Source of the DNA: an uncultured Aurantimonas sp.
Lineage (GTDB): Bacteria > Pseudomonadota > Alphaproteobacteria > Rhizobiales > Rhizobiaceae
Assembly (NCBI GenBank): GCA_947488615.1
Contig: CANKZU010000011.1
Coordinates: 6,471 to 70,470 of the forward strand
DNA: 64,000 nucleotides
Direction of reading: 5' to 3'
Below are positions 1 through 8,757 of this stretch, piece by piece (the stretch's first letter is position 1; every line of letters starts with the position of its first letter). The notes beneath the pieces are model-generated. The model saw only the letters and a program-made list of their open reading frames with translations, was not told where the DNA came from and did no database searches. The position numbers and the translations under genes are program-made.

Positions 1-1
1 C

Positions 2-1432
2 GGGCTGAACGCGATCGGCAAGAAGGCGGCGGTGTGTATCCGCGAGGCTTCGCTCGGTCCGTGCTTCGGCATGAAGGGCGGTGCGGCCGGCGGCGGCTAT
101 GCCCAGGTCGTGCCGATGGAGGAGATGAACCTCCATTTCACCGGCGACTTCCACGCCATTACCAGCGCCCACAATCTTTTGTCGGCGCTGATCGACAACC
201 ATATCTACTGGGGAAATTCGCTCGATATCGACAGCCGCCGCGTGGTCTGGAAACGGGTCATGGACATGAACGACCGGGCGCTGCGCGACATCGTGACCTC
301 GCTCGGAGGCGTGGCCAACGGCTATCCGCGCCAGGCCGGCTTCGACATCACCGTCGCCTCGGAAGTGATGGCGATCCTGTGTCTGTCGAACGATCTGGAG
401 GATCTGCAGGAGCGGCTTGGGCGGATCATCGTGGCCTATACGCGTGATCGCAAGCCGGTGACCTGCAAGGACATCAAGGCCGACGGCGCGATGACGGTGC
501 TGCTCAAGGACGCCATGCAGCCGAACCTAGTGCAGACGCTGGAGAACAACCCGGCCTTCGTGCATGGTGGCCCATTCGCCAACATCGCCCATGGTTGCAA
601 CTCGGTGGTCGCCACCAAGACGGCCCTGAAGCTGAACGACTACGTGGTGACGGAAGCCGGCTTCGGGGCCGATCTCGGCGCCGAGAAGTTCATGAACATC
701 AAGTGTCGCAAGGCGGGTCTTGCCCCGGCTGCGATCGTCATCGTCGCGACTATCCGGGCGATGAAGATGAATGGCGGCGTCAAGAAGCAGGATCTGGGCG
801 CGGAGAACGTACAGGCGGTCAAGGACGGCTGCGCCAATCTCGGCCGGCATATCGAGAACATCAAAGGCTTCGGCGTTCCCGCGGTGGTGGCGATCAACCA
901 CTTCGCCGGCGACACCGAGGCGGAGATTCAGGCCTGCAAGGACTATGTGGCGAGCCAGGGCTCGGAGGCGATCCTGTGCAAGCACTGGGCCGAGGGCTCG
1001 AAGGGGATCGAGGCGCTGGCCACCCGCATCGCCGAGATCGCCGACAGCGACGAGGCGAAGTTCCAGATGCTGTATCCCGACGACATGTCCTTGATGAAGA
1101 AGATCGAGACGATCGCCAAACGGATCTACCGGGCCGACGAGGTTCTGGCCGACAAGAAGATCCGCGATCAGCTCGCGCAATGGGAAGAGCAGGGGTTCCG
1201 CGATCTGCCGATCTGCATGGCCAAGACGCAATATTCCTTCTCCACCGACGCCAATCTGCGCGGCGCGCCGACCGGGCATTCGGTGCCGATCCGCGAAGTC
1301 CGGCTGTCTGCCGGCGCCGGCTTCGTCGTCGTCGTCTGCGGCGAGATCATGACCATGCCGGGCCTGCCGCGCGTGCCCTCGTCGGAATCCATCAGGCTCA
1401 ACGACGAAGGCCTCATCGAAGGCCTGTTCTAG
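2..1432 (+). CDS. fhs: Formate--tetrahydrofolate ligase (5'-partial; the frame is open from the window edge)
   Basis: Frame from base 2 reads [25 protein letters not shown] motifs [62 protein letters not shown] and IMTMPGLP. Confidence 0.97.
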   Translation, partial: GLNAIGKKAAVCIREASLGPCFGMKGGAAGGGYAQVVPMEEMNLHFTGDFHAITSAHNLLSALIDNHIYWGNSLDIDSRRVVWKRVMDMNDRALRDIVTSLGGVANGYPRQAGFDITVASEVMAILCLSNDLEDLQERLGRIIVAYTRDRKPVTCKDIKADGAMTVLLKDAMQPNLVQTLENNPAFVHGGPFANIAHGCNSVVATKTALKLNDYVVTEAGFGADLGAEKFMNIKCRKAGLAPAAIVIVATIRAMKMNGGVKKQDLGAENVQAVKDGCANLGRHIENIKGFGVPAVVAINHFAGDTEAEIQACKDYVASQGSEAILCKHWAEGSKGIEALATRIAEIADSDEAKFQMLYPDDMSLMKKIETIAKRIYRADEVLADKKIRDQLAQWEEQGFRDLPICMAKTQYSFSTDANLRGAPTGHSVPIREVRLSAGAGFVVVVCGEIMTMPGLPRVPSSESIRLNDEGLIEGLF

Positions 1433-1447
1433 AAGGGATATGCTGCC

Positions 1448-2302
1448 GTGATCCGCGAGATTCTCGTTCCGGTACGTGGCGACGGCAAGGGCGACAACGT
1501 CCTTGCCCATGCCTCCGCCTTGGCCAGACGGTTCAAATCACACGTCGTGGTGACCCATTGCCGTCCGAGGCCACAGGACCTGCTGCCCTATGGGGTCCCG
1601 GTTCCAACGTTCCTCAAGGATCAGCTGCAAAAGCAGGCGATCGAATTAGCTGACCAGGTCGAAAAGAGCCTGAAAAGCGAATTCGACATGCTGGTTCAAA
1701 AATTCGATCTGACGGTCTCCGCGGAGCCGATCGCGGGAACGGCGACGGCGACCTGGGTGGAGGAAGAAGGACGCCAGGTCGAAGTGATCAAGCGCCATGG
1801 CCGGCTGGTCGATCTGATCGCGGTGGCGCAGCCCGATCGAGCCGGGATGCTTGGCGTCAACAGCCTCAAGGCGGCGCTGTTCCATACGGGTCGGCCCGTT
1901 CTCTTGTGTCCGCCGAGCGATACGCCGCCGGTGCAGATCGGCACGCACATCGTCGTAGCCTGGAACGGCTCGACCGAGGCAGCGCGAGCGGTCGCGCTGA
2001 ATATCGGTCTTTTGGAAGACGCGAACACCGTCACGATCCTCACCGGCGGTGAGGAGGCGTACGGAACAACGTCTGAAGATCTTGTCAGCTATCTCAAGAA
2101 CCGTGGGATCACGGCCGAGATCGAGCGGTTTTCGGCCCACCACAATGTTGGCAAGGAGTTGCTGGAGCGCTGCCGGAAGCTCGGGGCAGACCTGATGGTC
2201 ATGGGTGCCTATGGCGACAGCCATGAGAAGGAGATCATGTTCGGAGGCAACACGCAGACGATCATCGAGTCGACACCGATACCGGTGGTTCTGGGTCATT
2301 AG
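1448..2302 (+). CDS. Universal stress protein (tandem UspA domains)
   Basis: GTG start after aaggga. N-terminal ILVPV, ALFHTGRPVLL, IVVAWNGSTEAARAV, C-terminal ADLMVMGAYGDS...FGGNT...PIPVVLGH. Confidence 0.9.
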   Translation: MIREILVPVRGDGKGDNVLAHASALARRFKSHVVVTHCRPRPQDLLPYGVPVPTFLKDQLQKQAIELADQVEKSLKSEFDMLVQKFDLTVSAEPIAGTATATWVEEEGRQVEVIKRHGRLVDLIAVAQPDRAGMLGVNSLKAALFHTGRPVLLCPPSDTPPVQIGTHIVVAWNGSTEAARAVALNIGLLEDANTVTILTGGEEAYGTTSEDLVSYLKNRGITAEIERFSAHHNVGKELLERCRKLGADLMVMGAYGDSHEKEIMFGGNTQTIIESTPIPVVLGH

Positions 2303-2347
2303 GGGAGGCTCAGCACGGCTTGAAAAATCCGGGCCGATTGCCATCGA

Positions 2348-2378
2348 TTGACGAAGTCCCTAGAGCCTGATCTACAAT
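2348..2378 (+). promoter_or_regulatory. Possible sigma70-type promoter for tctCBA
   Basis: TTGACG (2348-2353) and TACAAT (2373-2378) in an AT-rich gap. The spacer is 19 bp, longer than optimal, so the call is tentative. Confidence 0.3.
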
Positions 2379-2414
2379 AAGAACAGCCGTGTTAAGCGGC
2401 GAATGTGAGTATGG

Positions 2415-2432
2415 TACTTGTTAATACAAGTA
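2415..2432. promoter_or_regulatory. Palindromic operator-like site upstream of tctC
   Basis: TACTTGT-TAAT-ACAAGTA has perfect 7-bp arms, lies 24 bp upstream of the ATG, and has a GT...AC core as in GntR-family sites. Confidence 0.55.
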
Positions 2433-2456
2433 AAATTGAAACGGGAGGAAGATAAA

Positions 2457-3428
2457 ATGAATATCAATAGAAGAGTTCTCATGAGCGTTGTCGGTGCGAC
2501 CGCATTGGCTTCGACGCTGTTCACCAGTGTTGCCCATGCATGGGAGCCGACCAAGCCGGTCGATTTCGTGATCATGGCCGGTGCCGGCGGTGGCGCGGAC
2601 CAGATCGCGCGTTTCATCCAATCGGTGGCTGAAAAGAAGAACCTGACGGTCCGTCCGCTGGTGCCGAACAACAAGGGCGGCGGCTCTGGCGCCGAGGCGC
2701 TGATTGCCCTGAAGGGTACGAGCGATCCTGATCACACCATTCTGGTGACGCTGAACTCGTTCTTCACGACGCCGCTGCGCCAGGAAAATCTCGGCGTCGA
2801 CATCAGCACCTTTACGCCGATTGCCATGATGGGCGTCGATCCATTCGTTCTCTGGGTGCACAAGGATTCGGGCATCACGAGTTTCGAGCAGTGGGTGGAG
2901 AAGGTGAAGGCCGAGGACGGCAATTACGTGATGGGCGGCACCGGTAAGGGACAGGAAGATTCCCTGGTCATCGCCTGGATGGAGAAGAACTACGATGTGA
3001 ACATCAAGTATATCCCCTATAAGGGTGGTGGTGAGGTTGCCAAGGAGCTCGCGGGCCAGCAGATCCTGGCAAGCGTGAACAATCCCGCCGAGGCCAGAGG
3101 CTTCTTCCAGTCGGGCGACGTCGTGCCCCTGGTCGCCTTCTCGGACGAGCGTCTGCCGGCGCTACCGGATGTGCCGACTGTGAAGGAACTCGGCAAGGAC
3201 TTCAGCTACTACAACCAGCGGGCTGTCGTCGGCGCGCCCGGCATGTCGGACGAGGCGGCGGAGTACTATCGCGATCTGTTCCAGAAGATCTACGATTCGG
3301 AGGAATGGCAGGAGTACATGAAATCCGAAAGCCTGGAAGGGCTGCCGATGAACGCGGACGAGCAGAAGCAGTACTGGACCCAGCAGGTCGAGCGGCACAA
3401 GGAACTGCTGGCAGAAATGGGTGAGTAA
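2457..3428 (+). CDS. tctC: Tripartite tricarboxylate transporter substrate-binding protein (TctC/Bug family)
   Basis: SD gggagg precedes ATG 2457. Signal peptide MNINRR...VAHA, AGAGGGADQIAR, NKGGGSGAEA, YIPYKGGGE and DERLPALPDVPTVKELG. Confidence 0.92.
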   Translation: MNINRRVLMSVVGATALASTLFTSVAHAWEPTKPVDFVIMAGAGGGADQIARFIQSVAEKKNLTVRPLVPNNKGGGSGAEALIALKGTSDPDHTILVTLNSFFTTPLRQENLGVDISTFTPIAMMGVDPFVLWVHKDSGITSFEQWVEKVKAEDGNYVMGGTGKGQEDSLVIAWMEKNYDVNIKYIPYKGGGEVAKELAGQQILASVNNPAEARGFFQSGDVVPLVAFSDERLPALPDVPTVKELGKDFSYYNQRAVVGAPGMSDEAAEYYRDLFQKIYDSEEWQEYMKSESLEGLPMNADEQKQYWTQQVERHKELLAEMGE

Positions 3429-3474
3429 ACCCAACAGGTTCGACTGTTGATCTGACAATATAGGGAGGGCCGGC

Positions 3475-3978
3475 ATGCGCCGCGCAGAAATCGTAACCGC
3501 GGGCGTGCTGGCCCTTCTCTCCATCTATCTGATGTGGAAGAGTTCTGAACTCGAGATCGGCTATATCCGGGGGGAGGGTCCCGGCGGCGGCTTCTGGCCG
3601 TTCTGGTTGGCCGCCATCATGTTGATCTGTACCGGCCTGATCGCATTTAATTGGTACAGGCGGACTTCGCCCCCTTCGCAATCCACCGAGCCGCTGCTGG
3701 ACCCTTACGGTCAGAAGATGCTCGTGCTCGTGGGGGGCGGCATCGTCGGCTTCGTCGCACTGGTCGGCATCCTGTCGATGTATGGCGCGATGTTCGTCTT
3801 CCTGATCTACTATCTGCGCTTTCTCGGGCGACATAGTTGGCTGATGACGATGACGATCGCTACGACGATTCCGATCGCTTTCTTCTTCTTTTTCGAAGCG
3901 CTTATGCGCATCACCTTGCCGAAGGGCATGGCGTTTCTCGAGCCGGTGTTCAATGCGCTGAACACGATCATCTACTGA
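3475..3978 (+). CDS. tctB: Tripartite tricarboxylate transporter small membrane subunit (TctB)
   Basis: About four TM segments, GPGGGFWPFW motif, C-terminal LRITLPKG-like motif, located between tctC and tctA. Confidence 0.88.
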   Translation: MRRAEIVTAGVLALLSIYLMWKSSELEIGYIRGEGPGGGFWPFWLAAIMLICTGLIAFNWYRRTSPPSQSTEPLLDPYGQKMLVLVGGGIVGFVALVGILSMYGAMFVFLIYYLRFLGRHSWLMTMTIATTIPIAFFFFFEALMRITLPKGMAFLEPVFNALNTIIY

Positions 3979-4024
3979 TGCAAACGGCTCTGGCAATTAT
4001 CGAGCCCGCGGGGAGGCGGCAGTC

Positions 4025-5548
4025 ATGATGGAAATTCTGGGACTACTCGGGGACGGCTTCTGGCTGGCCATCCAGCCCGTCAATCTGATGCTGATCATCA
4101 TCGGCGTGACCCTTGGGCTATTCATCGGCGCGATGCCGGGCTTGGGATCGGTCAACGGCGTCGCCATCCTGCTTCCCATCACCTTTCTCGTTCCGCCCGC
4201 CTCCGCCATTATCTTCCTCGCCGCGATCTATTACGGAGCGATGTATGGCGGCGCCATCAGCTCCATCACGCTGGGCATTCCGGGGGCTTCGACGGCGGTG
4301 GCGACGACCTTCGATGGTCGTCCCTTGGCACTGCAAGGTCGAGCGAGTCTAGCATTGGTGACAGCCGCGATCGCGTCTTTCATCGGTGGCACAGTGGCCA
4401 ATGTTTTGTTCACAGCCTTCGCACCGCCGCTGGCGACCGTCGCATTGAGCTTCGGCCCGCCGGAAATCTTCGCACTGATGCTGCTGGCTTTCGCCACCTT
4501 CGTCGGGCTGGGTGGCGACGACATCCCGAAGACGATCTTCTCCATCTGCATCGGTCTGGTATTCGCTGCTGTGGGCTATGACGAAATTTCCGGCGCCCCG
4601 CGCCTCGTCTTCTTCGACATTCCAGGCTTTCTTCACGGTGTGAACTTCCTGGTGCTGGCTATTGGCGTCTACGGTATCGGCGAGATGTTGTGGACCATCG
4701 ATTCCACACGCGGCAAAATCACATCGACCATGGCCAAGATGTCGTTCCGTGGTGCCCTCGATGACACCAAGGAGGGCATGCGACGGGGTTGGAAGGGCAT
4801 GGGGATCGGCTCGTTCCTCGGCTTCTTCGTCGGCATTCTGCCGGCGGCCGGCGCAACGCCTGGGTCACTGATGTCCTACGGTGTCACCAAGATGTTGTCG
4901 CGCAACCCGAAGGAATTCGGCCGTGGCCATCCGGGGGGCGTCGCCGCGCCGGAGGCGGCGAACAACTCCGCCTCGACCGGCGCCATGCTGCCGATGCTGA
5001 CGCTCGGCATTCCCGGATCTCCGACCACCGCGATCCTTCTGGGCGGCATGGTCATCTGGGGCCTGACGCCGGGGCCGCGCCTGTTTACCGACCAGCCGGA
5101 ATTCGTCTGGGGTCTCATCGGTTCGTTCTATGTGTCCAACTTCTTTGCCGTGGTCATCAACATCGCCTTCATTCCGCTGTTCATCTGGATGTTGCGGATG
5201 CCTTTCACGGTTCTGGCGCCGATGATCTTTGTGCTGTCCATCGTAGGCGGCTACGCGGCGACTTTGGACATGCACGATGTCTGGCTCATGCTGGTCTTTG
5301 GCTTCGGGGCCTTTTTCCTGCGCAAGCTCGACTATCCCCTTGCGCCCGCGGTGCTGGCGATCGTCCTCGGGCCGATCGCCGAGCCGACCTTGCGGCAATC
5401 GCTGCTGTTCTCCTCGGGCGATCCGACGATTTTCTTCACGCGGCCGATCGCCGGGCCGATCACGGTCATTGCCTTGATCTTGATCTTCCTGCCGCTGTTC
5501 AAGCTGATTTGGGACAAGACGCGGCGTCCGACGTCGAAGCCTGCCTGA
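4025..5548 (+). CDS. tctA: Tripartite tricarboxylate transporter large permease (TctA)
   Basis: TctA signatures GAMPGLG, YYGAMYGGAISSITLGIPG, PEAANNSA and PMLTLGIPGSPTTAILLG. Confidence 0.95.
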   Translation: MMEILGLLGDGFWLAIQPVNLMLIIIGVTLGLFIGAMPGLGSVNGVAILLPITFLVPPASAIIFLAAIYYGAMYGGAISSITLGIPGASTAVATTFDGRPLALQGRASLALVTAAIASFIGGTVANVLFTAFAPPLATVALSFGPPEIFALMLLAFATFVGLGGDDIPKTIFSICIGLVFAAVGYDEISGAPRLVFFDIPGFLHGVNFLVLAIGVYGIGEMLWTIDSTRGKITSTMAKMSFRGALDDTKEGMRRGWKGMGIGSFLGFFVGILPAAGATPGSLMSYGVTKMLSRNPKEFGRGHPGGVAAPEAANNSASTGAMLPMLTLGIPGSPTTAILLGGMVIWGLTPGPRLFTDQPEFVWGLIGSFYVSNFFAVVINIAFIPLFIWMLRMPFTVLAPMIFVLSIVGGYAATLDMHDVWLMLVFGFGAFFLRKLDYPLAPAVLAIVLGPIAEPTLRQSLLFSSGDPTIFFTRPIAGPITVIALILIFLPLFKLIWDKTRRPTSKPA

Positions 5549-5551
5549 TCG

Positions 5552-7333
5552 ATGTCGGTCACCAACAGCCCGGGGAACACGGGGGGCGAATTCGGCCCCT
5601 GGAACCCCGGGCTGAGTTCGACGATACCCCAGCGTCTTTTGCCGCTGTCTACCATGTTCCGCCCGGAAAATGTCGAGACCGGCTTTAGCGAGGCTCGCGA
5701 ACTTGCCGACTTCAGCGGGCTCGACCCCAAGGACACGATTGCCTTTCGCGCCGAACGCTTGATCGTCCACGAACTGCTGATCCGGGTAACGGCGGACCTA
5801 TCGGTACCGGATGGGCCGGAATACGAGGAACTGGGCATCAACATGCGCGGAATGACCGCGCGGATCTACGACGCGCATGTCAGGCCGCGGCTCGGCGATT
5901 TGAAGACAGAGCACGAGCGGCTTGCCATTCGGGCTCGCGAATTCATCACCGCCGAATTGCAGCGACTGGATGCGCGGGACGCCTCGCATAGGCCGGCGTC
6001 GCCCGCGAAAAAAGGGTTGCTGGAACGGATTCTGGGAAGCAGACCAAAGACGACGCCGCCGCCCAACCCCTCACCCAACCAAAACACCGCGCTCGAAGCC
6101 GCCACCGTCCGCTGGGCAGGGATGCAAGATCCGTTCGAGGCGGCCTGCGCCAATGCCCTTGCCACGGTCACCAGCGCCGTTGTCCGCACCCATGGCCGAC
6201 TGCCTTTCGACAAGACGATGATCATCGACCTGGCGGCCAATTTTTTCGTCAACGACTATGGCAGCGCGCGACTGGGCTCCGCGCTGGATCCGATTATCGA
6301 AATGGCGTCGAAGGCCGAAGGCTATCGGTATCTTCCGACCCAGACGAAGCCGTTCGTCATGAACGTGAAGGGGGCCTCGGCCGCCGGAAAGAGCACGATC
6401 AGACCACATCAACGCGCCCTGGCCAAGAAACTCGGTGTGCCGTGGGAGGACTTCGCCCTCGTCAGTCCGGACTACTGGCGCAAACACCTCCTCGACTACG
6501 GTTCGCTGGGCGCTGATTATAAATATGGCGCCATGCTCACTGGTCACGAATTGGAGATCATCGACCGAAAGCTCGACCGTTACATGGCCGAGAAAGCCGA
6601 CCGGGGAACGATGCCGCATCTTCTCATCGACCGGTTCCGCTTCGACAGTTTCAGAACCGGCGACAATCAGGATCGCGGCAGCAATCTGCTGACCCGGTTC
6701 GGCCACACCGTCTTCATGTTCTTTATGGTCACCCCGCCGCCGCTCACCGTGGAACGGGCGTGGAAACGCGGGCTGACGACTGGACGGTACAAGGCCGTCG
6801 ACGACCTTCTCCACCACAATATCGAGGCCTATACCGGCATGCCGGCGCTGTTCTTTTCCTGGGCGTTGTCGGACAAGAAGGTTCACTACGAATTCCTCGA
6901 CAACGATGTGCCGAAAGGCGAGCGCCCTCGAACGATAGCCAGCGGCTGGAACCGCCGGATGAACGTCTATGATGTCGAAGGCCTGCTGAACATCGAGCGG
7001 TTCAAGAAAGTAGATGTTCGCGCGTCGGGCCCCGGCGAGGTCTACCTGGAGGGTGCCGATATCCCCGCGGAAAACCTGGAATTCCTGCGGCAATGTAGCG
7101 AGCGCCTCGATGAGGTGCGGTTCGTCAATCCCAAGACCGGCGACCGATACGGTCTCATCGGGACGGATAGCGGGGCGTGGTGGGACCGCAGCTTGTCATC
7201 ATGTCGGGATGAAATCTCTGACCTTCTGGAAGGGGTCGTTGCGGACGCCGAGGCGCATCCTCGAAGCGATACCGCAACCGGCGGCTCGGATCTTGAGGAC
7301 GAAATGAACTGCATCATCGGTCGGCTGCATTAG
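5552..7333 (+). CDS. Uncharacterised P-loop NTPase/kinase-like protein (zeta-toxin-like C-terminal half)
   Basis: 593 aa, starting 4 nt after the tctA stop. Walker A GASAAGKS (6371-6394) followed by LVSPDYWRK and LLIDRFRFD, as in zeta-toxin/kinase-fold P-loop proteins. The N-terminal half is unrecognised. Confidence 0.7.
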   Translation: MSVTNSPGNTGGEFGPWNPGLSSTIPQRLLPLSTMFRPENVETGFSEARELADFSGLDPKDTIAFRAERLIVHELLIRVTADLSVPDGPEYEELGINMRGMTARIYDAHVRPRLGDLKTEHERLAIRAREFITAELQRLDARDASHRPASPAKKGLLERILGSRPKTTPPPNPSPNQNTALEAATVRWAGMQDPFEAACANALATVTSAVVRTHGRLPFDKTMIIDLAANFFVNDYGSARLGSALDPIIEMASKAEGYRYLPTQTKPFVMNVKGASAAGKSTIRPHQRALAKKLGVPWEDFALVSPDYWRKHLLDYGSLGADYKYGAMLTGHELEIIDRKLDRYMAEKADRGTMPHLLIDRFRFDSFRTGDNQDRGSNLLTRFGHTVFMFFMVTPPPLTVERAWKRGLTTGRYKAVDDLLHHNIEAYTGMPALFFSWALSDKKVHYEFLDNDVPKGERPRTIASGWNRRMNVYDVEGLLNIERFKKVDVRASGPGEVYLEGADIPAENLEFLRQCSERLDEVRFVNPKTGDRYGLIGTDSGAWWDRSLSSCRDEISDLLEGVVADAEAHPRSDTATGGSDLEDEMNCIIGRLH

Positions 7334-7389
7334 ACGCGCAGGCAGGTCTGGTGTCCTGCAAGGCGCCGAGTCACCTTGCAGGAGCGATG

Positions 7390-8442
7390 TCAGGCCGCCT
7401 TCACGCAATTCGCCGCCAGTTTCCGGTCGACCGTGTCGACCGCCGCATTGAGGGCAGGGTGCTCCATGCCGAGCGACAGTCCGATCCGCTGCACCAACTT
7501 GTCCACGCGTTCGATGGTCGTCGCGCCGTCGGCAATTGCCCGCGCCGCCGAAGATGGCTTCAACAGATTTTCAGCGGCTTTGGCATATTTCTCGAACGGC
7601 ACCGGATCCTCCGGCGACGCCCCGAGACGGCTGACGATCTCGTTGACGAAGGCGTAGATCTCTCGCGATAAATCGATGTCGCCATGGACCGCATCGCGGA
7701 TGGAGATGGGGTCCCCTGCAGTGATGCAGCGATAGTTTCCCGTCGCCAGCATGCTCCATTTGGCAAGCGGAACATAAAGCGAGTCATGCACGCGGAGTTT
7801 GACGGGAACTTCGCGGCCGTCGATCCGCACGGCGTCAATGTCGGCCGCCAACTCGGTCAGGAGCCGGTCATGATCGGGATTGTCGAACCGAGCAACCTTG
7901 AAGTTGGTCGGAAGGCCGACATGCAGGACGTTGGCCTTGTCTTCGGGCGGGCGGAAGGCTTGCGGGTCCGGCGAGCACAGCGTCATCAACGCGGGGTCGA
8001 ACGGGTCCCAGATGCGGGCATCGGTGTAAGCGTCCTCGAGCTTGCTACAGTCCAGCCCCGGCAGGCGCTTGAGGTAGGGCAGGGGCGGCATGTTCATGAT
8101 CGACATGCATGGGACCGCCGCTTTGGCTGTCCGGTTCAGCAAATTCCTGAGGGCCGGATCTCCATATTGCGGCTCCTGCATGGCAAGACAGACAAGGTTG
8201 TAGTCCGCGGGATCGACCGTGTCCGGCGTGCTCGCATCGACTCGTCCAGGCAAATTGCGGGAGAACACGCTCCGATGCGTGTCTTCGCCCTTGAGGCAAA
8301 TGCGCACTTCGGTTCCCTCTTCATTGATCAGCGCCGCCGTGGCAGCCCGGCAGAGCAGGGTGACGTCATGGCCGGCCATCGCCAATTTCGTGCCCAGCAA
8401 TGAGCCATATGAAGCGCCGAGTATGAGAACCTTATGGGGCAT
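7390..8442 (-). CDS. Ketopantoate-reductase-like (ApbA/PanE-fold) NAD(P)-binding oxidoreductase
   Basis: Likely start MPHKVLILGASYGSLLGTKLAMAGHDVTLLCR (Rossmann-like N-terminus), with SD aaaggag upstream on the minus strand. 350 aa. Confidence 0.7.
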   Translation of the reverse strand: MPHKVLILGASYGSLLGTKLAMAGHDVTLLCRAATAALINEEGTEVRICLKGEDTHRSVFSRNLPGRVDASTPDTVDPADYNLVCLAMQEPQYGDPALRNLLNRTAKAAVPCMSIMNMPPLPYLKRLPGLDCSKLEDAYTDARIWDPFDPALMTLCSPDPQAFRPPEDKANVLHVGLPTNFKVARFDNPDHDRLLTELAADIDAVRIDGREVPVKLRVHDSLYVPLAKWSMLATGNYRCITAGDPISIRDAVHGDIDLSREIYAFVNEIVSRLGASPEDPVPFEKYAKAAENLLKPSSAARAIADGATTIERVDKLVQRIGLSLGMEHPALNAAVDTVDRKLAANCVKAA

Positions 8443-8485
8443 TGAGTCTGCTCCTTTGCTGCGGTCTGGAGTGTCAACCACCTTA

Positions 8486-8506
8486 TCTGGTATACCTAAC
8501 ACCAGA
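8486..8506. promoter_or_regulatory. Palindromic operator-like site upstream of the KPR-like gene
   Basis: TCTGGT-N9-ACCAGA overlapping a perfect GGTATACC palindrome (8489-8496), 44-64 bp upstream of the start at 8442. Confidence 0.45.
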
Positions 8507-8757
8507 ACGCGGCTTCTTCCAGCCTGCTCATCCGAATAATTGTGCGGCGCATGAGGTTGGCAGGGAAAGCCGAGGTTCGGCTCCAGCTGAGCCAAAGCTC
8601 CGCTACCCTATCCAGCCAGTATGCGAGGATGATGGACGGCAGCGCGGGATAAGTAAAATTCGGAAAATTTATCCATCACATAAATTAAATTATGGGTGTA
8701 GCCGGCGTTCCGCCCGGTGCATCTGCACCCAAGCGGCCCGCGTCGCGGGTGCCATGG

